Part shown: positions 46,183-56,350 of the stretch, in pieces
How positions within the stretch are numbered: position 1 is the stretch's first letter
Layout: every line of letters begins with the position of its first letter
Assembly: GCA_900540205.1 (NCBI GenBank)
Contig: UQER01000009.1
Span: 132-64,131 of the forward strand
DNA: 64,000 nt
Reading direction: 5' to 3'
Origin: an uncultured Porphyromonadaceae bacterium
GTDB lineage: Bacteria > Bacteroidota > Bacteroidia > Bacteroidales > Muribaculaceae
The notes under the pieces: model-generated
What the model saw: only the letters and a program-made list of their open reading frames with translations
The model's database searches: none
What the model was told of the DNA's origin: nothing
Program-made: the position numbers and the translations under genes

Positions 46183-46896
46183 TTGTATCATAAACCGCAT
46201 ATGAACCAGAATCCCGACACCACCGGCCAAGAGATGCCCGCACCTAAAGTCGCAGCCAAAACAGATGTGCTTGAGAACGCCGCACGTTGGCTTTCGGCCG
46301 TTTTCTCTCCGTTGCTTTCCGCCACCTATGGCGTTTTGCTCGCCATGTGGCTGAGCTATCTGTGCTACAGCCCGTTCCGTGCAAAGGCAATTGTGGTGGT
46401 GATGACCTTCGTGGCCACCTGCGTGGTGCCCGTGATAATTATTTTTGTTCTGAGCAGGGTGGGAGTGGTGAAAGATCCGAGCCTCAACACCCGCAGCGAC
46501 CGTACGGTGCCTTATCTGCTGTCGGCGCTCTGCTACATAGGGGTGGGAGTTTATTACCGGTTTGTCAACGCTCCCGAATGGCTGTCTATGTTTGTGTTCG
46601 GCGGCGGATTGGCCCTGATCATTCTCGGGATAGTAAACCGTTACTGGAAAATCAGCGCGCATGCAGCCGGGATGGGTGGACTCGTGGCCATGCTCTTCTT
46701 CATGATGTGCAGCGGCAACAGCGTGGAGAACATGCAGTGGCAGTTCCTCTCCTCGGTGCTTTTGGCCGGGATGGTGTGCACATCGCGTGTGGTGCTGCAT
46801 CGGCACACGCTGTGGCAGCTCGGAGTGGGATTCGTCGTTGGTTTCGTCTGCGTGTTCCTTCCGGCATGGTTCTTCCCCGGCGATGTCCTCCCCTGA
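46183..46896 (+). CDS. PAP2-superfamily membrane phosphatase-like protein
   Basis: 237 aa, polytopic. KISAHAAG (SxH) and TSRVVLHRHTLWQ (SRx5Hx3[DQ]) resemble PAP2 motifs 2 and 3. Confidence 0.5.
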   Translation: MYHKPHMNQNPDTTGQEMPAPKVAAKTDVLENAARWLSAVFSPLLSATYGVLLAMWLSYLCYSPFRAKAIVVVMTFVATCVVPVIIIFVLSRVGVVKDPSLNTRSDRTVPYLLSALCYIGVGVYYRFVNAPEWLSMFVFGGGLALIILGIVNRYWKISAHAAGMGGLVAMLFFMMCSGNSVENMQWQFLSSVLLAGMVCTSRVVLHRHTLWQLGVGFVVGFVCVFLPAWFFPGDVLP

Positions 46897-46960
46897 AAGT
46901 CTTTATCGTCACTGAATCAAGACGTCAGTTGAAACATAAACAATAATGATAATCAGCTTT

Positions 46961-47071
46961 TGTAGGGTCGCGGCCTGCCGCGACTGCAACAGAGGAGAAT
47001 GTCATACAAAATACACTGATTTGGCGGAGAACGAAAGTTCGTTTGCAGTCGCGACAAGTCGCGACCCTACA
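46961..47071. repeat. 111-bp nested inverted-repeat element between the PAP2 gene and purE
   Basis: Outer 12-bp stem tgtagggtcgcg/cgcgaccctaca. Inner 11-bp stem cgcgactgcaa/ttgcagtcgcg. Each junction carries a cgcg-N6-cgcg mini-palindrome. A ~50-nt loop contains a cgaaagttcg mini-hairpin. Confidence 0.6.
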
Positions 47072-47119
47072 ATCTGGATTTTGATAATAAAATGATAATG
47101 AATATATAATATAATCAAT

Positions 47120-47617
47120 ATGGTAAGTATAATCATGGGCAGCACCTCCGACCTTCCGGTGATGCGGAAAGCTGCCGATTTTCTCAACAGTATGCAGGTG
47201 CCATTCGAGATGCTGGCACTGTCGGCTCACCGCACCCCCGAAGAGGTGGCTGAGTTTGCCCGCAAGGCACATGAACGTGGCGTGAAGGCCATCATAGCAG
47301 GTGCCGGCATGGCAGCTGCCCTTCCCGGTGTGATTGCCGCTTTGACCCCCCTGCCTGTCATCGGTGTACCTCTGAGCGCCACTCTGCAGGGCAACGACGC
47401 CCTCCTGTCCATCGTGCAGATGCCTCCGGGCATTCCTGTGGCCACCGTGGGCATCGACGGCGCCATGAACGCAGCCGTTTTGGCGGTGCGCATACTGGCC
47501 CTGTCGGATGCGGCTCTTGCAGAACGCTATGACATGTGGCGACTTGATCTCGGTAAAAAAATCGTGAAAGCCAATGCCGAACTTGCCGAAATCAAGTACG
47601 AGTACAAAACCAACTGA
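47120..47617 (+). CDS. purE: N5-carboxyaminoimidazole ribonucleotide mutase
   Basis: 165 aa. VSIIMGSTSDLPVM, AHRTPE and IAGAGMAAALPGV are PurE signatures. Confidence 0.85.
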   Translation: MVSIIMGSTSDLPVMRKAADFLNSMQVPFEMLALSAHRTPEEVAEFARKAHERGVKAIIAGAGMAAALPGVIAALTPLPVIGVPLSATLQGNDALLSIVQMPPGIPVATVGIDGAMNAAVLAVRILALSDAALAERYDMWRLDLGKKIVKANAELAEIKYEYKTN

Positions 47618-47632
47618 CAAACCATAGCCGTA

Positions 47633-49291
47633 ATGGATATTTTCAACTATAAAAGACGTCCCGCCACCGTCACGCATATAGGCGAAGTGGAGGTGGGAGG
47701 CGATAATCCTGTGCGTCTGCAGTCGATGAACAACACGTCGACCACAGATGTGGAGGGTTCGGTTGAGCAGGCCCTGCGCATTGCCGCGGCAGGCGCCGAT
47801 ATCGACCGCCTCACGGCGCAGGGCGTGCGCGAAGCTGCCGCAATGGGCGAGATACGCCGTGAATTGCGCCGGCGCGGTTGCCGCATCCCTTTAGTGGCCG
47901 ACATACATTTCAACCCCAAGGCAGCTTTTGCCGCCGCCGAACAGGTGGAGAAAGTGCGCATCAATCCCGGAAACTTTGTGGATCCGGGGCGAGTGTTCAA
48001 AAAGATAGAGTTCACCGACAGCGAATATGCACATGAACTGCAGAAGATAGAGGACACCTTCGGGCCGTTTCTCGACCTCTGCAAGGCACATGGAACAGCC
48101 GTGCGCATCGGTGTGAACCACGGATCGCTCTCCGACCGCATCATGAGCCGATACGGCGACACCCCTGCCGGAATGGTGGAGAGTGCCATGGAGTTTCTGC
48201 GCGTGGCCGTGGCACGTGATTTCACTGACATAGTCATATCCATCAAGGCCAGCAATACGGTGGTGATGGTGGAGACAGTGCGCCGCCTCGTGGCTGCGAT
48301 GGATGCCGAGAACATGCATTTCCCGCTGCATCTCGGCGTGACCGAGGCAGGCGATGGCGAGGATGGCCGTGTGCGTTCGGCCGTAGGCATCGGCACGCTG
48401 CTGGCCGAGGGTACGGGCGACACCATCCGCGTGTCGCTGAGCGAGGAGCCTGAATGCGAGGTTCCGGTTGCGCGCGAGCTGGTGGATTATATCTCCGCCC
48501 GTGCGGCTGCACCGCATATAGATGGCTCCATGGCGCCGGATTATGACCCACTCGCTCCGCAGCAACGTGTCACCGACGCTGTGAGAAATGTGGGCGGAGG
48601 TCAGGTGCCGGTAGTGGTGGGCCTGGATGCAATATCGGCCGGACTGATTGAGATTCCTGCATCCACACCCCATGCTGAACTTACAGCCACGGTTGCCGCG
48701 AATCCCGGCAAGGTGGTAGTGCTCACCTCCTGCCATGCTAATCCTGTGGGCGAGATTTCGGCCGCAGTGCATGCGTTGATGCGTGCCGGTCTGTGCAATC
48801 CTGTAATTGCTCGTCTGAACTACAATGGCATCCCTGCCGACAAGGTGGTAATCCGTGCATCGGCCGATTTCGGCGCGTTGCTTCTCAACGGGTTGCTCGA
48901 CGGCATCGACCTGCAGACCGATGCATTGGACAGCGACGGCCGCAACCGTCTGTCACTCGGCATCCTGCAGGCTGCCCGCAAGCGCGTGAGCCGCACGGAG
49001 TTCGTATCCTGCCCGGGATGCGGACGCACAATGTTCGACCTCCAGGCTACAGTGAAAACCGTAAAAGAGGCGGTGTCGCACCTGAAGGGACTGAAAATCG
49101 CTGTAATGGGCTGCATTGTGAACGGTCCCGGCGAGATGGCCGACGCTGATTACGGATACGTAGGTGCCGGAGCCGGAAACGTGTCGCTCTATCGCGGCAA
49201 GGAGGCTGTGGAGAAAAATATCCCCTCCGGAGAGGCTCTCGAACACCTCATAGCATTGATAAAATCGGACGGTAAATGGTGCGACCGGTAA
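47633..49291 (+). CDS. ispG: 4-hydroxy-3-methylbut-2-enyl diphosphate synthase (long Bacteroidota-type GcpE)
   Basis: 552 aa. VGGDNPVRLQSM, RINPGN and the C-terminal FVSCPGCGRT Fe-S motif. Confidence 0.85.
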   Translation: MDIFNYKRRPATVTHIGEVEVGGDNPVRLQSMNNTSTTDVEGSVEQALRIAAAGADIDRLTAQGVREAAAMGEIRRELRRRGCRIPLVADIHFNPKAAFAAAEQVEKVRINPGNFVDPGRVFKKIEFTDSEYAHELQKIEDTFGPFLDLCKAHGTAVRIGVNHGSLSDRIMSRYGDTPAGMVESAMEFLRVAVARDFTDIVISIKASNTVVMVETVRRLVAAMDAENMHFPLHLGVTEAGDGEDGRVRSAVGIGTLLAEGTGDTIRVSLSEEPECEVPVARELVDYISARAAAPHIDGSMAPDYDPLAPQQRVTDAVRNVGGGQVPVVVGLDAISAGLIEIPASTPHAELTATVAANPGKVVVLTSCHANPVGEISAAVHALMRAGLCNPVIARLNYNGIPADKVVIRASADFGALLLNGLLDGIDLQTDALDSDGRNRLSLGILQAARKRVSRTEFVSCPGCGRTMFDLQATVKTVKEAVSHLKGLKIAVMGCIVNGPGEMADADYGYVGAGAGNVSLYRGKEAVEKNIPSGEALEHLIALIKSDGKWCDR

Positions 49292-50505
49292 ACGTGCAGA
49301 CTTTTACGTTGCCCAACGGGCTGAGGCTCGTGTGCCGGCGCACACAATCGAATGCCGATTATTTCGGAGTTGCTATCAACGTTGGCAGCCGCGATGAGAC
49401 TCCGTCGACCTACGGGCTGGCGCACTTTGTGGAACATACCATCTTCAAGGGCACCTCACGCCGCCACGCGTCGCACATAATCAACCGTATGGAGGCAGTG
49501 GGGGGTGAGCTGAACGCGTTCACCACCAAGGAGGAGACCAACGTCTACTCGGCCTTCCCGCACGGCAACGCGGCGCGGGCCGTGGAGCTTATCGCCGACC
49601 TTGTGAAAAACTCGGTGTTCCCGGAGCGCGAACTTGCAAAGGAACGCGAGGTGGTGCGCGATGAGATTGACAGTTATCTCGATGTCCCCTCGGAAGCGGT
49701 GTTCGACAGTTTCGAGGATGAATTCTATGCAGGCTCGCAGCTGGGGCATAATATCCTCGGATTGTCGGCCAACCTCGACAGCTTCACCCCGGATGTATGC
49801 CGCCGGTATATCGAATCGTATTACACTGCCGACAGGATGGTGGCCTACTATAGCGGACGGATGCCGGCCGAGAGAGTGTTCCGACTTGTGGAACGGCACT
49901 TTTCGGATGTGGCTCCCTCCGGAGAGCCCATGGCGAGGATTGCACCGGTTGCCGTAGCGCCGTTCGGCATAGTGCGCAACATCGATTCGCATCAGGCGCA
50001 CTGCGTGATGGGGGCTGCCGTGCCGTCGGTGCATAGCAGCGAACGGATAGCGCTTGCGTTGATTACCAATATTCTCGGCGGTCCGGGCATGAATTCGCGG
50101 CTCAATGTGGCGCTGCGTGAACGCCGCGGCCTGGTGTATGCCGTGGATGCAGGGCTGACCTCGTTCTCGGATTGCGGACTGTTCACGGTCTATTTCGGGG
50201 CGGATCCCGACGATGCTCCGAAGTGCCGACGCTTAGTGGCCGATGAGCTCGACCGCATCGCCTCGGAACCGCTGACCGAGCGTCAGTTGCGTATGGCAAA
50301 ACACCAGTTTCTCGGTCAGTCGGCCATGGCTTCCGACAATGGCGAGCAGATGGCGCTGAATGCCGGGCGCTCTATGCTGTTCCTCGGTAAAGTGCCCACC
50401 GATGCGGAATTCCGCGAAGCGGTGGAGGCTCTGACGGCTGAAGACATAAAACGGTCGGCAGCATGGTTGGCCGCCGACCGCATATCGTCGCTGACGTTCT
50501 GTTAA
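49276..50505 (+). CDS. M16-family zinc peptidase (pitrilysin-like)
   Basis: 409 aa. HFVEH is the inverted HxxEH zinc motif. It starts with FTLPNGLRLV. There is a 16-bp overlap with ispG. Confidence 0.8.
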   Translation: MVRPVNVQTFTLPNGLRLVCRRTQSNADYFGVAINVGSRDETPSTYGLAHFVEHTIFKGTSRRHASHIINRMEAVGGELNAFTTKEETNVYSAFPHGNAARAVELIADLVKNSVFPERELAKEREVVRDEIDSYLDVPSEAVFDSFEDEFYAGSQLGHNILGLSANLDSFTPDVCRRYIESYYTADRMVAYYSGRMPAERVFRLVERHFSDVAPSGEPMARIAPVAVAPFGIVRNIDSHQAHCVMGAAVPSVHSSERIALALITNILGGPGMNSRLNVALRERRGLVYAVDAGLTSFSDCGLFTVYFGADPDDAPKCRRLVADELDRIASEPLTERQLRMAKHQFLGQSAMASDNGEQMALNAGRSMLFLGKVPTDAEFREAVEALTAEDIKRSAAWLAADRISSLTFC

Positions 50506-50517
50506 TCCTTATTTTGA

Positions 50518-51630
50518 TTATTCCTCGCCTGCCGCGGCATCGATCTGCGACAGGGCGAAGGTGTATGCGCCGATGGAGATGGCTTTGGATGCCCCGAGTT
50601 TCGAGATCATCACGCCTGTGCGTTTCATCGGGTCGTAGGTCACGGTTTTGTCGGAACCATAGACTTTGAGTTCACGTGCATCGCCGTGGATAAATTCGTT
50701 GAATTCGATGTCGTTGTCGAGGTCAAACACCTTCATCTGCACGCGCTGCAGCTGTTCGCCGTTGATGGTACGTATGGTGGAGCGGAGCTGAGCGAGCAAT
50801 GCCGGCATGATGTGGCGTGCCGCGCCGGTAAGACCGCCCCCTATCACTATGAGCGAGTCGGTGAGGGTCACGGCTGTGGCCATGGCGTCGCCGGCGCTCT
50901 GCCCGAACAGACGGAAGCTTTCGATGGCAGTCTCGCGGTTGCCGGGGCGTTTGCCGTCGGCAATCTCGCATATATCCTTGGGTGTGAGGTCGTGGTCGCT
51001 GGTGCCTGCCAGACGGTTGTATTCACGCACCACGGCACGGATGGCCACGAAGTCCTCGGCCATGATTTCAGGATTGGTGTGCGAGGGGAGGCAGAATGTC
51101 TCGATGCAGGCGTTGTTGCCCAGATTGAGGCGTCCGTCAATCACGGAGCCGACGCCGAAGCCTGTGCCGAAAGTGTAGCCGAGAATGTTTTTATATTGCT
51201 TTTTGGAGCCGGATTCAGCCACGCGGCGATTGATTTCGGGGAGCGCTCCGGCCATGGCTTCGCCGAATGCGAAGAGGTCGCCGTCGTTGTTGATGAACAC
51301 CGGCAGACCGAATTTTTCCTGCAGGAAAGGGCCGAGGGCCACACCGTCGCGGAAACTCGGGAAGTTGGGGAGATAGCCGCCCACAATGCCGTTGGGATAA
51401 TCGGCCGGACCGGGGAAGGCGAAAGAGATGGCCACCGGTTTCTCATCGAGAAGGTCGATTACGGTCTTGAAGCCGTTGACCATCGACTGCAGGCAGAGGT
51501 CGAGGTTGTCGGCGCGCGAGGGGATGGTTACGGGGTCGACGATGAATTCGCAGCCGCGCATGGCTCCGAACACGAGGTTCGTGCCTCCGGCGTCGAGAGT
51601 GATGACTATGCGGTTGTCAAAATGATACAT
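50518..51630 (-). CDS. ROK-family sugar kinase
   Basis: 370 aa. ITLDAGGTNLVFG and GYTFGTGFGVGSVIDGRL are ROK/ASKHA motifs. Confidence 0.7.
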   Translation of the reverse strand: MYHFDNRIVITLDAGGTNLVFGAMRGCEFIVDPVTIPSRADNLDLCLQSMVNGFKTVIDLLDEKPVAISFAFPGPADYPNGIVGGYLPNFPSFRDGVALGPFLQEKFGLPVFINNDGDLFAFGEAMAGALPEINRRVAESGSKKQYKNILGYTFGTGFGVGSVIDGRLNLGNNACIETFCLPSHTNPEIMAEDFVAIRAVVREYNRLAGTSDHDLTPKDICEIADGKRPGNRETAIESFRLFGQSAGDAMATAVTLTDSLIVIGGGLTGAARHIMPALLAQLRSTIRTINGEQLQRVQMKVFDLDNDIEFNEFIHGDARELKVYGSDKTVTYDPMKRTGVMISKLGASKAISIGAYTFALSQIDAAAGEE

Positions 51631-51663
51631 TTTCGGTTGGGTATTTGGATTTAGGTGTGGGGA

Positions 51664-52635
51664 TTAATTTCGGATATAGACGTTGACAAATTCGCCGTTG
51701 CCGCGCACAGTCACCGTTGGCATTGATGCAGGCACGAGCAGTGTCTGTCCCTGCGGAAGCGGTGTGACCGCACCGTCGGGAGCCACGACCTCGAGGTTGC
51801 CGCGTGTGGCTATGAGGATGGTGAACGATTTGCGTGCGGCAAGCGGAAGTGTGAACGAGCCGTCGACGTTCACCAGCTCCGTGGTGAAGTAGCTGCAGTC
51901 CTCGAGCATTGCCTCATGGCCGGGGGCTGCCTGCACGTTTTTCACTTCCTGGGTGGTGTCGGCATAGTTGATGGCATCCACCGACTCATCCACATGCAGC
52001 TGGCGCAGATTGCCCTGCGCGTCGCGGCGGTTGTAGTCGTAGATGCGATAGGTGATGTCGCTTGCTTCCTGGATCTCCAGTACGAAATTGCCTGCGCCGA
52101 TGGCGTGGACGCGTCCTGCCGGGAGGAAGAATACGTCGCCGGGCTTGGTGTAGTATTTCCGCAGGGCCTCCACAATGGTGCTGTCGGCCACCATGCGGCG
52201 GAATTTCTCAGGCGACATCTCCTGCGAGAAACCGGCATAGAGATATGCCCCTTCGGCCGGGAGCACGGAGTACCACATCTCGGTTTTCCCGAGTGAGTTG
52301 TGGCGGACTGCGGCAAGTGCGTCGTCGGGATGCACCTGAATGGAGAGGTCGGTGTTTGAGTCGATGAATTTGATCAGGAGCGGGAAGTTATGGCCGAAAC
52401 GGCGGATGAGGTTTTCGCCCATCAGTTCGTTGCCATGCGTTTTGACCAGTTCGGGAAGTGTGGCGCCTTTGAAAGGACCGTCCTCCACCACGGATTCATG
52501 GCCGGGCATGGGGGAGAGTTCCCAGGATTCCCCGATGTTGTCGCCTTGCGACGGAATTCCTTTGAATCGGGCGATTCGTTCGCCTCCCCATATCACGGGC
52601 TTGAAGTAGCAGTTGAATTTAAGAATCGGTAGCAT
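51664..52635 (-). CDS. manA: Type I mannose-6-phosphate isomerase
   Basis: 323 aa. WGGE..., IQVHPDD and HAIGAG are cupin PMI motifs. It is adjacent to the ROK kinase on the same strand. Confidence 0.75.
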   Translation of the reverse strand: MLPILKFNCYFKPVIWGGERIARFKGIPSQGDNIGESWELSPMPGHESVVEDGPFKGATLPELVKTHGNELMGENLIRRFGHNFPLLIKFIDSNTDLSIQVHPDDALAAVRHNSLGKTEMWYSVLPAEGAYLYAGFSQEMSPEKFRRMVADSTIVEALRKYYTKPGDVFFLPAGRVHAIGAGNFVLEIQEASDITYRIYDYNRRDAQGNLRQLHVDESVDAINYADTTQEVKNVQAAPGHEAMLEDCSYFTTELVNVDGSFTLPLAARKSFTILIATRGNLEVVAPDGAVTPLPQGQTLLVPASMPTVTVRGNGEFVNVYIRN

Positions 52636-53013
52636 GTGTCAGTTTCCGGTTGTGGATATGTCCGTTTGTAACGGAGTTCGTGTTTCTGTTGTTAAATACG
52701 ATGCAAGAGGGCGATGCGCCTATCCGCCGAACATTAAAATTCATGTGGTGGAACTGTCGTGCCCTTTGTATGATTTAGGTTACGTAAGTATTCAAAATTA
52801 TTACGCCTATGAATATTTTAAAAGCTTTATATCCCCGCCGGAGTCTTTTCGGCGCTTTTCGTTCTCTTCATCAGTCGTGTAGCTCGCTACATTCCTTCTT
52901 CATCGAGCGAAAATCCCTCGAAAATGCTCACGTCAGTGATATAAAATAATTTTGACTACTTACTTATGCAAAAATACGCAAAAATATTGAATGGGCTAAA
53001 GGTTGTGTTTTCA

Positions 53014-53050
53014 AAAAGCCAGGGCGGCGCACCGGGATGGATTGCACCGG
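53014..53050 (-). terminator. ahpCF terminator
   Basis: 13-bp perfect GC stem ggcggcgcaccgg/ccggtgcgccgcc with an 11-nt loop, followed by a T-run on the minus strand. Confidence 0.65.
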
Positions 53051-53081
53051 TGCGCCGCCTGAGGAGAAATATAAATGGAGG

Positions 53082-54638
53082 TTATAGGTTGCCACGCATG
53101 TAGTCCTCCGACTGCGAAAGTGCGGCTTTGGCGCCTTCGCCTATGGCCACCACCACCTGCTTGTAGGGAACGTTGGTGACATCGCCTGCGGCATAGACGC
53201 CTTTCACCGAGGTGCGGCACCGTTCGTCAACCACGATTTCGCCACCTTTGGTCAGCGGCAGAGAATCCTTGAACGGAGCGCTGTTGGGGTGCAGTCCTAT
53301 CTGGATGAACACGCCCGACACTTCGTAGACCGAATCCTCTCCTGTGGCGAGGTTCCTGACCTTGATGCCGGAAACGCCCGTGCCGTTGCCAAGGATTTCA
53401 AGAACCTGTGTGGAGAGGTGTATGTCAACATTGTCAAGCGATTTCACTTTCTTCTGAAGTACCACGTCGGCCTTGAGCGAATCGGTGAATTCAAACACAT
53501 CTACGTGGGGGCACATTCCGGCCAGATCGATGGCAGCCTCGATGCCGGAGTTTCCGCCTCCGACAACGGCTACACGCTGACCGGCGTAGAACGGGCCGTC
53601 GCAGTGAGTGCAGAACGCCACGCCGTGGCCCACGTGCTCACTTTCGCCGGGCACCGCCAGTCGGCGCCATCCTGCACCCGTGGCGATGATGACGGCTTTG
53701 GCCTTGAACGTTTCGTTGGCGCATACAACGGTTTTCTCAGGGCCGGTTATATCGGCCGATTCAATGATGCGGTTCTCAAAAACATCAATAGGGTAGCTCT
53801 CAAGGTGTTTCTTGAAATCTGCAGCAAGCTGTGGGCCTGTGGTTTTGGGAACTGATGTGAGGTTTTCAATGGCCATTGTCTCCAGCACCTGGCCGCCGAT
53901 GGCCTTAGCCACCAATGCGGTGTTGAATCCTTTTCGTGCCGAGTAGATGGCGGCCGTTGACCCGGCGGGGCCGCCTCCGAGCACCACTACATCGTATTCC
54001 CGCACTACGGGTTCGGCGGAGAATGCCTCATCGCGTCCATAGAGTGTTTCCAGTTTTTCAATGAGTTCGCCCAGCGATGTGCGTCCCACACTGAGCACGG
54101 CGTCGCCGGCATATACGGTAGGGACCGACTGGATGTTCAGCCCCTCGACTACTGCGGGAACCACAGCACCGTCGGTGACGGTGTTTTCAACTTCCGGATT
54201 CAGCAGGGCAACGAGGTTGAGCGCCTGAGCCACATCGGGGCAGTTGGTGCATGTCAGCGACACGAATGTGCGCAGGCTGATGGGGCCTCGCAGTGCCTTG
54301 ATGCGCGCTGTCAGCGCGGCATCCGGAAGGTTTTTCCCTTGACCGTCGGCATTCAGCACGGCAAGCAGGAGGGTTGAGAATTCGTGTCCGGAGGGGATGC
54401 CGCAGAATCTTATGCCCGTAGGCTCTCCGGCATGGATTATTTCGAACGTGGGCGCGGACACCTTTCTCTCGGCGTTCTCCACCGACAGGTGCGGCGACGA
54501 GGAGGCCACATCCTGCAGGAAACTTTTCATTTCGGCAACTCCGGGAGTGCCGGCATCGGAATAGAGACGGAACGCTATGTCTGAACCCAGAGTGGCGAAG
54601 ATGCTTCTTATCTGGTTTATAATATCTTTGTCAAGCAT
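53082..54638 (-). CDS. ahpF: Alkyl hydroperoxide reductase subunit F
   Basis: 518 aa. It has an N-terminal thioredoxin-like CxxC pair (CTNCPD; CTHCDG) and FAD/NAD Rossmann motifs (VVVLGGGPAG; VAVVGGGNSG). Confidence 0.85.
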   Translation of the reverse strand: MLDKDIINQIRSIFATLGSDIAFRLYSDAGTPGVAEMKSFLQDVASSSPHLSVENAERKVSAPTFEIIHAGEPTGIRFCGIPSGHEFSTLLLAVLNADGQGKNLPDAALTARIKALRGPISLRTFVSLTCTNCPDVAQALNLVALLNPEVENTVTDGAVVPAVVEGLNIQSVPTVYAGDAVLSVGRTSLGELIEKLETLYGRDEAFSAEPVVREYDVVVLGGGPAGSTAAIYSARKGFNTALVAKAIGGQVLETMAIENLTSVPKTTGPQLAADFKKHLESYPIDVFENRIIESADITGPEKTVVCANETFKAKAVIIATGAGWRRLAVPGESEHVGHGVAFCTHCDGPFYAGQRVAVVGGGNSGIEAAIDLAGMCPHVDVFEFTDSLKADVVLQKKVKSLDNVDIHLSTQVLEILGNGTGVSGIKVRNLATGEDSVYEVSGVFIQIGLHPNSAPFKDSLPLTKGGEIVVDERCRTSVKGVYAAGDVTNVPYKQVVVAIGEGAKAALSQSEDYMRGNL

Positions 54639-54759
54639 TGTTGTGGTAATTATGTTGTCCGATTTTAATAAAAACGGTGTGCCATAATGCGGACATCTGG
54701 CACACCGGCTTCTTGATTCATCCTTTCTCAGGCGGAATGGCCTGGCCGGATGGTGCCGG

Positions 54760-55326
54760 TCAGATTTTTCCGACGAGGTCGATACTCGGCTTGAGGGTTG
54801 CCTGACCCTGTTTCCATTTGGCCGGGCATACCTCGCCGTCGTGGGTGGCCACGAACTGTGCGGCTTCCACTCTTCTCAGCAGTTCCTCGGCGTTACGGCC
54901 GATGCTGTTGTCCTGGATTTCCACAAGCTTGATCATCCCTTCGGGATTGGCGACGAATGTGCCGCGGTAGGCCATTCCGTCATTCTCAATCATAACGCCG
55001 AATGCACGGGTAAGCACGCCTGTGGGGTCGGCCAGCATGGGGTACTGTATCTTCTTGATGCTGTCCGAGGTGTCGTGCCATGCCTTGTGGACGAAGTGGG
55101 AGTCGGTGCTCACGGAGTAGACCTCCACGCCGAGTTTCTTGAATTGTTCATATTTTTCAGCCATATCCTCAAGTTCGGTTGGGCATACGAATGTGAAGTC
55201 GGCAGGATAGAAGAAAAAGATTGCCCATTTGCCGAGCACATCCTTGTCTGTGATTGTCTTGAACTCGCCGTTGTGGTATGCCTGTACCTTGAATTCAGGG
55301 ATGCGGGTGTTGATTATAGATTCCAT
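54760..55326 (-). CDS. ahpC: Peroxiredoxin AhpC
   Basis: 188 aa. FFYPADFTFVCPTE contains the peroxidatic Cys. The resolving Cys is in VCPAKW. Confidence 0.9.
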   Translation of the reverse strand: MESIINTRIPEFKVQAYHNGEFKTITDKDVLGKWAIFFFYPADFTFVCPTELEDMAEKYEQFKKLGVEVYSVSTDSHFVHKAWHDTSDSIKKIQYPMLADPTGVLTRAFGVMIENDGMAYRGTFVANPEGMIKLVEIQDNSIGRNAEELLRRVEAAQFVATHDGEVCPAKWKQGQATLKPSIDLVGKI

Positions 55327-55558
55327 ATTATTTATTTTTGTGTGTTTTGATTAATGAATAGTGAATTGTCTGTTTCATTATATCAAACATGCAGCAGGAG
55401 GTGGCGGTTTAAGACGGACGGGGATATTAATAAGGTTTAGTTTTTTTGCATAGATTTTCGCCAAAACATGAAATTCCGGTGCTGTCGTTGGTGGCGGCCG
55501 CCCATTTTGAGTTAACTTTGTGTCGGTCCCGACTGTCGGGGCTGCAATATCACTGCTT

Positions 55559-56221
55559 ATGGGTAATTTTGTAAAAGATCTTCGGGAGATAGGGATAGTA
55601 AAGACTTTGCGGTTCAATCTCCGCTATTTTGGATGGAAGGCCGGATGGCGCATGCCGGTGCTGATTTCGCGGCGCACGTCTCTGAAATGTCTTGGCGGCT
55701 CGGTGACTGTGCCGGCCGGTATGGGTTTCGGTAAGGTGCGTATCGGTTTTCATCCTAATTCCATTGTCGATTTCCGTTACGAGCGTTCCGTGTGGGATGT
55801 TACGGGGCATGTTGAGTTTCAGGGTAAATGCCGGTTGTGTGCGGGATGTAGAATTGTGGCTGGCGGCCGACTGACTTTCGGAGAACGCTGCTGTTTTGTA
55901 GGACTCAGCCGCATCATCGCCAACGACAGTGTCACCATCGGAGACGATTCACTGTTCTCATGGGACATCCAGATAATGGACACTGATTTTCACCGCATCC
56001 TGGATTCCGCTGGCAGGTGGGTGAATCCGCCGCGTCCGGTGGTGATAGGCCCGCGTGTGTGGATGGGATGCAAATGCACGGTGCTTAAAGGTGTTTCGAT
56101 TCCGGAAGGCTCGGTGATAGCCGCGGGGACCATGGTAGTTTCTTCGTTGCACAAGCCGTCGGCGGTCTATGGTGGCAATCCTGTGCGCGAACTCCGCAGT
56201 GACGTGAGCTGGGAGTTCTGA
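55559..56221 (+). CDS. Left-handed beta-helix (hexapeptide) acyltransferase, WcaF/LacA-like
   Basis: The start is taken at MGNFVKDL, inside track ORF 55520-56221 whose first codon is GTG. LbH repeats and a C-terminal ...YGGNPVREL are present. Confidence 0.65.
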   Translation: MGNFVKDLREIGIVKTLRFNLRYFGWKAGWRMPVLISRRTSLKCLGGSVTVPAGMGFGKVRIGFHPNSIVDFRYERSVWDVTGHVEFQGKCRLCAGCRIVAGGRLTFGERCCFVGLSRIIANDSVTIGDDSLFSWDIQIMDTDFHRILDSAGRWVNPPRPVVIGPRVWMGCKCTVLKGVSIPEGSVIAAGTMVVSSLHKPSAVYGGNPVRELRSDVSWEF

Positions 56222-56350
56222 ATGGCGTAGCCATTTCAGCTTGACGCAAAAAAAGCAGCGTGCCGGAGAATGATTCGTGGCACGCTGCTTTTCTTTATTG
56301 TGTTTCAGTCTCCGCCGGAATAAGGCTGGAGGGCTGTTGGGGCTTTGGCT

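Noticed and set aside
47647-48772. Minus-strand ORFs of 259 and 293 aa
   Set aside because: They are antisense to ispG, whose motifs are unambiguous.
50686-51654. A 322-aa plus-strand ORF
   Set aside because: It is antisense to the ROK kinase.
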